Shown piece by piece: positions 63,898 to 64,000 of a stretch of 64,000 bases of DNA (position 1 is its first letter; every line of letters begins with the position of its first letter). The DNA is from Croceibacterium sp. (GTDB lineage Bacteria > Pseudomonadota > Alphaproteobacteria > Sphingomonadales > Sphingomonadaceae): contig JBDSUJ010000034.1 in the NCBI GenBank assembly GCA_039927815.1, forward strand, positions 1,170 to 65,169, read 5' to 3'. The notes under the pieces are model-generated. The model had not been told where the DNA came from. It did not search any database and was given only the letters and a program-made list of their open reading frames with translations. The translations under genes and the position numbers were made by a program.

Positions 63898-64000
63898 CGT
63901 GGCCTCCAACCGCGCACAGGTGGAAAATTTAGTTCGCATGAGGTTTGTCACCGAGTTCGCTCTGTCCACGTTCGGCGGCGGTCTGGCTCCCCAGCTCGGT

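Noticed and set aside
1-64000. Search for CRISPR arrays, tRNA/rRNA genes, IS elements, integrases, toxin-antitoxin pairs or known defence-system genes
   Set aside because: I saw no repeat-spacer periodicity and no cloverleaf-like segments in the few non-coding gaps. I recognised no transposase, recombinase, nuclease or ATPase defence hallmarks among credible ORFs. The intergenic space is small throughout.

Overview
High-GC bacterial chromosomal segment, gene content typical of a sphingomonad-like alphaproteobacterium (inference: five TonB-dependent receptors, many periplasmic enzymes, aromatic catabolic genes). I saw no rRNA, tRNA, CRISPR array, transposase, integrase or phage genes. Many long ORFs in the six-frame track are antisense or out-of-frame read-through caused by the GC content and were discarded. 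Layout: (1) 1-10.3 kb holds a fragmented type II secretion locus (gspE 3' end, gspF, inverted gspN, gspJ, gspK, prepilin peptidase) interrupted by secreted proteins of unknown function (DUF4331-like, Pro-rich anchored protein, DUF4394-like autotransporter). (2) 10.4-16.3 kb holds an ECF sigma/anti-sigma pair and 'cluster A': a TonB-dependent receptor divergent from a periplasmic 296-aa unknown protein plus two small DUF6152-like proteins. (3) 16.4-33.2 kb holds MarR and GntR regulators, a secreted CocE/NonD hydrolase, a TonB receptor and a nine-gene operon in which every junction can be read as a 4-nt start/stop overlap. It encodes CapA-like, TRAP QM...P, two 2-hydroxyacyl-CoA-dehydratase-family proteins, a tandem-domain and a single family III CoA-transferase, and a secreted hydrolase. 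(4) 33.2-38.6 kb holds LuxR, BKACE, two MFS genes and a frameshifted Tat-signal amidohydrolase. (5) 38.7-52.7 kb holds a TonB receptor plus two aromatic ring-fission-type operons. (6) 52.9-58.7 kb holds a set of exported enzymes (tannase/feruloyl esterase, two NTF2/SnoaL-like proteins, a Tat-signal carotenoid-cleavage-type oxygenase, an unknown 306-aa protein). (7) 58.9-64.0 kb holds 'cluster B', a second, internally duplicated copy of the cluster A module. The two best candidates for undescribed biology are the recurrent module (TonB receptor, ~250-296-aa periplasmic protein, small protein whose predicted mature N-terminus is His-His) and the Fld/Had-like CoA-transferase/dehydratase operon that lacks an activator ATPase.
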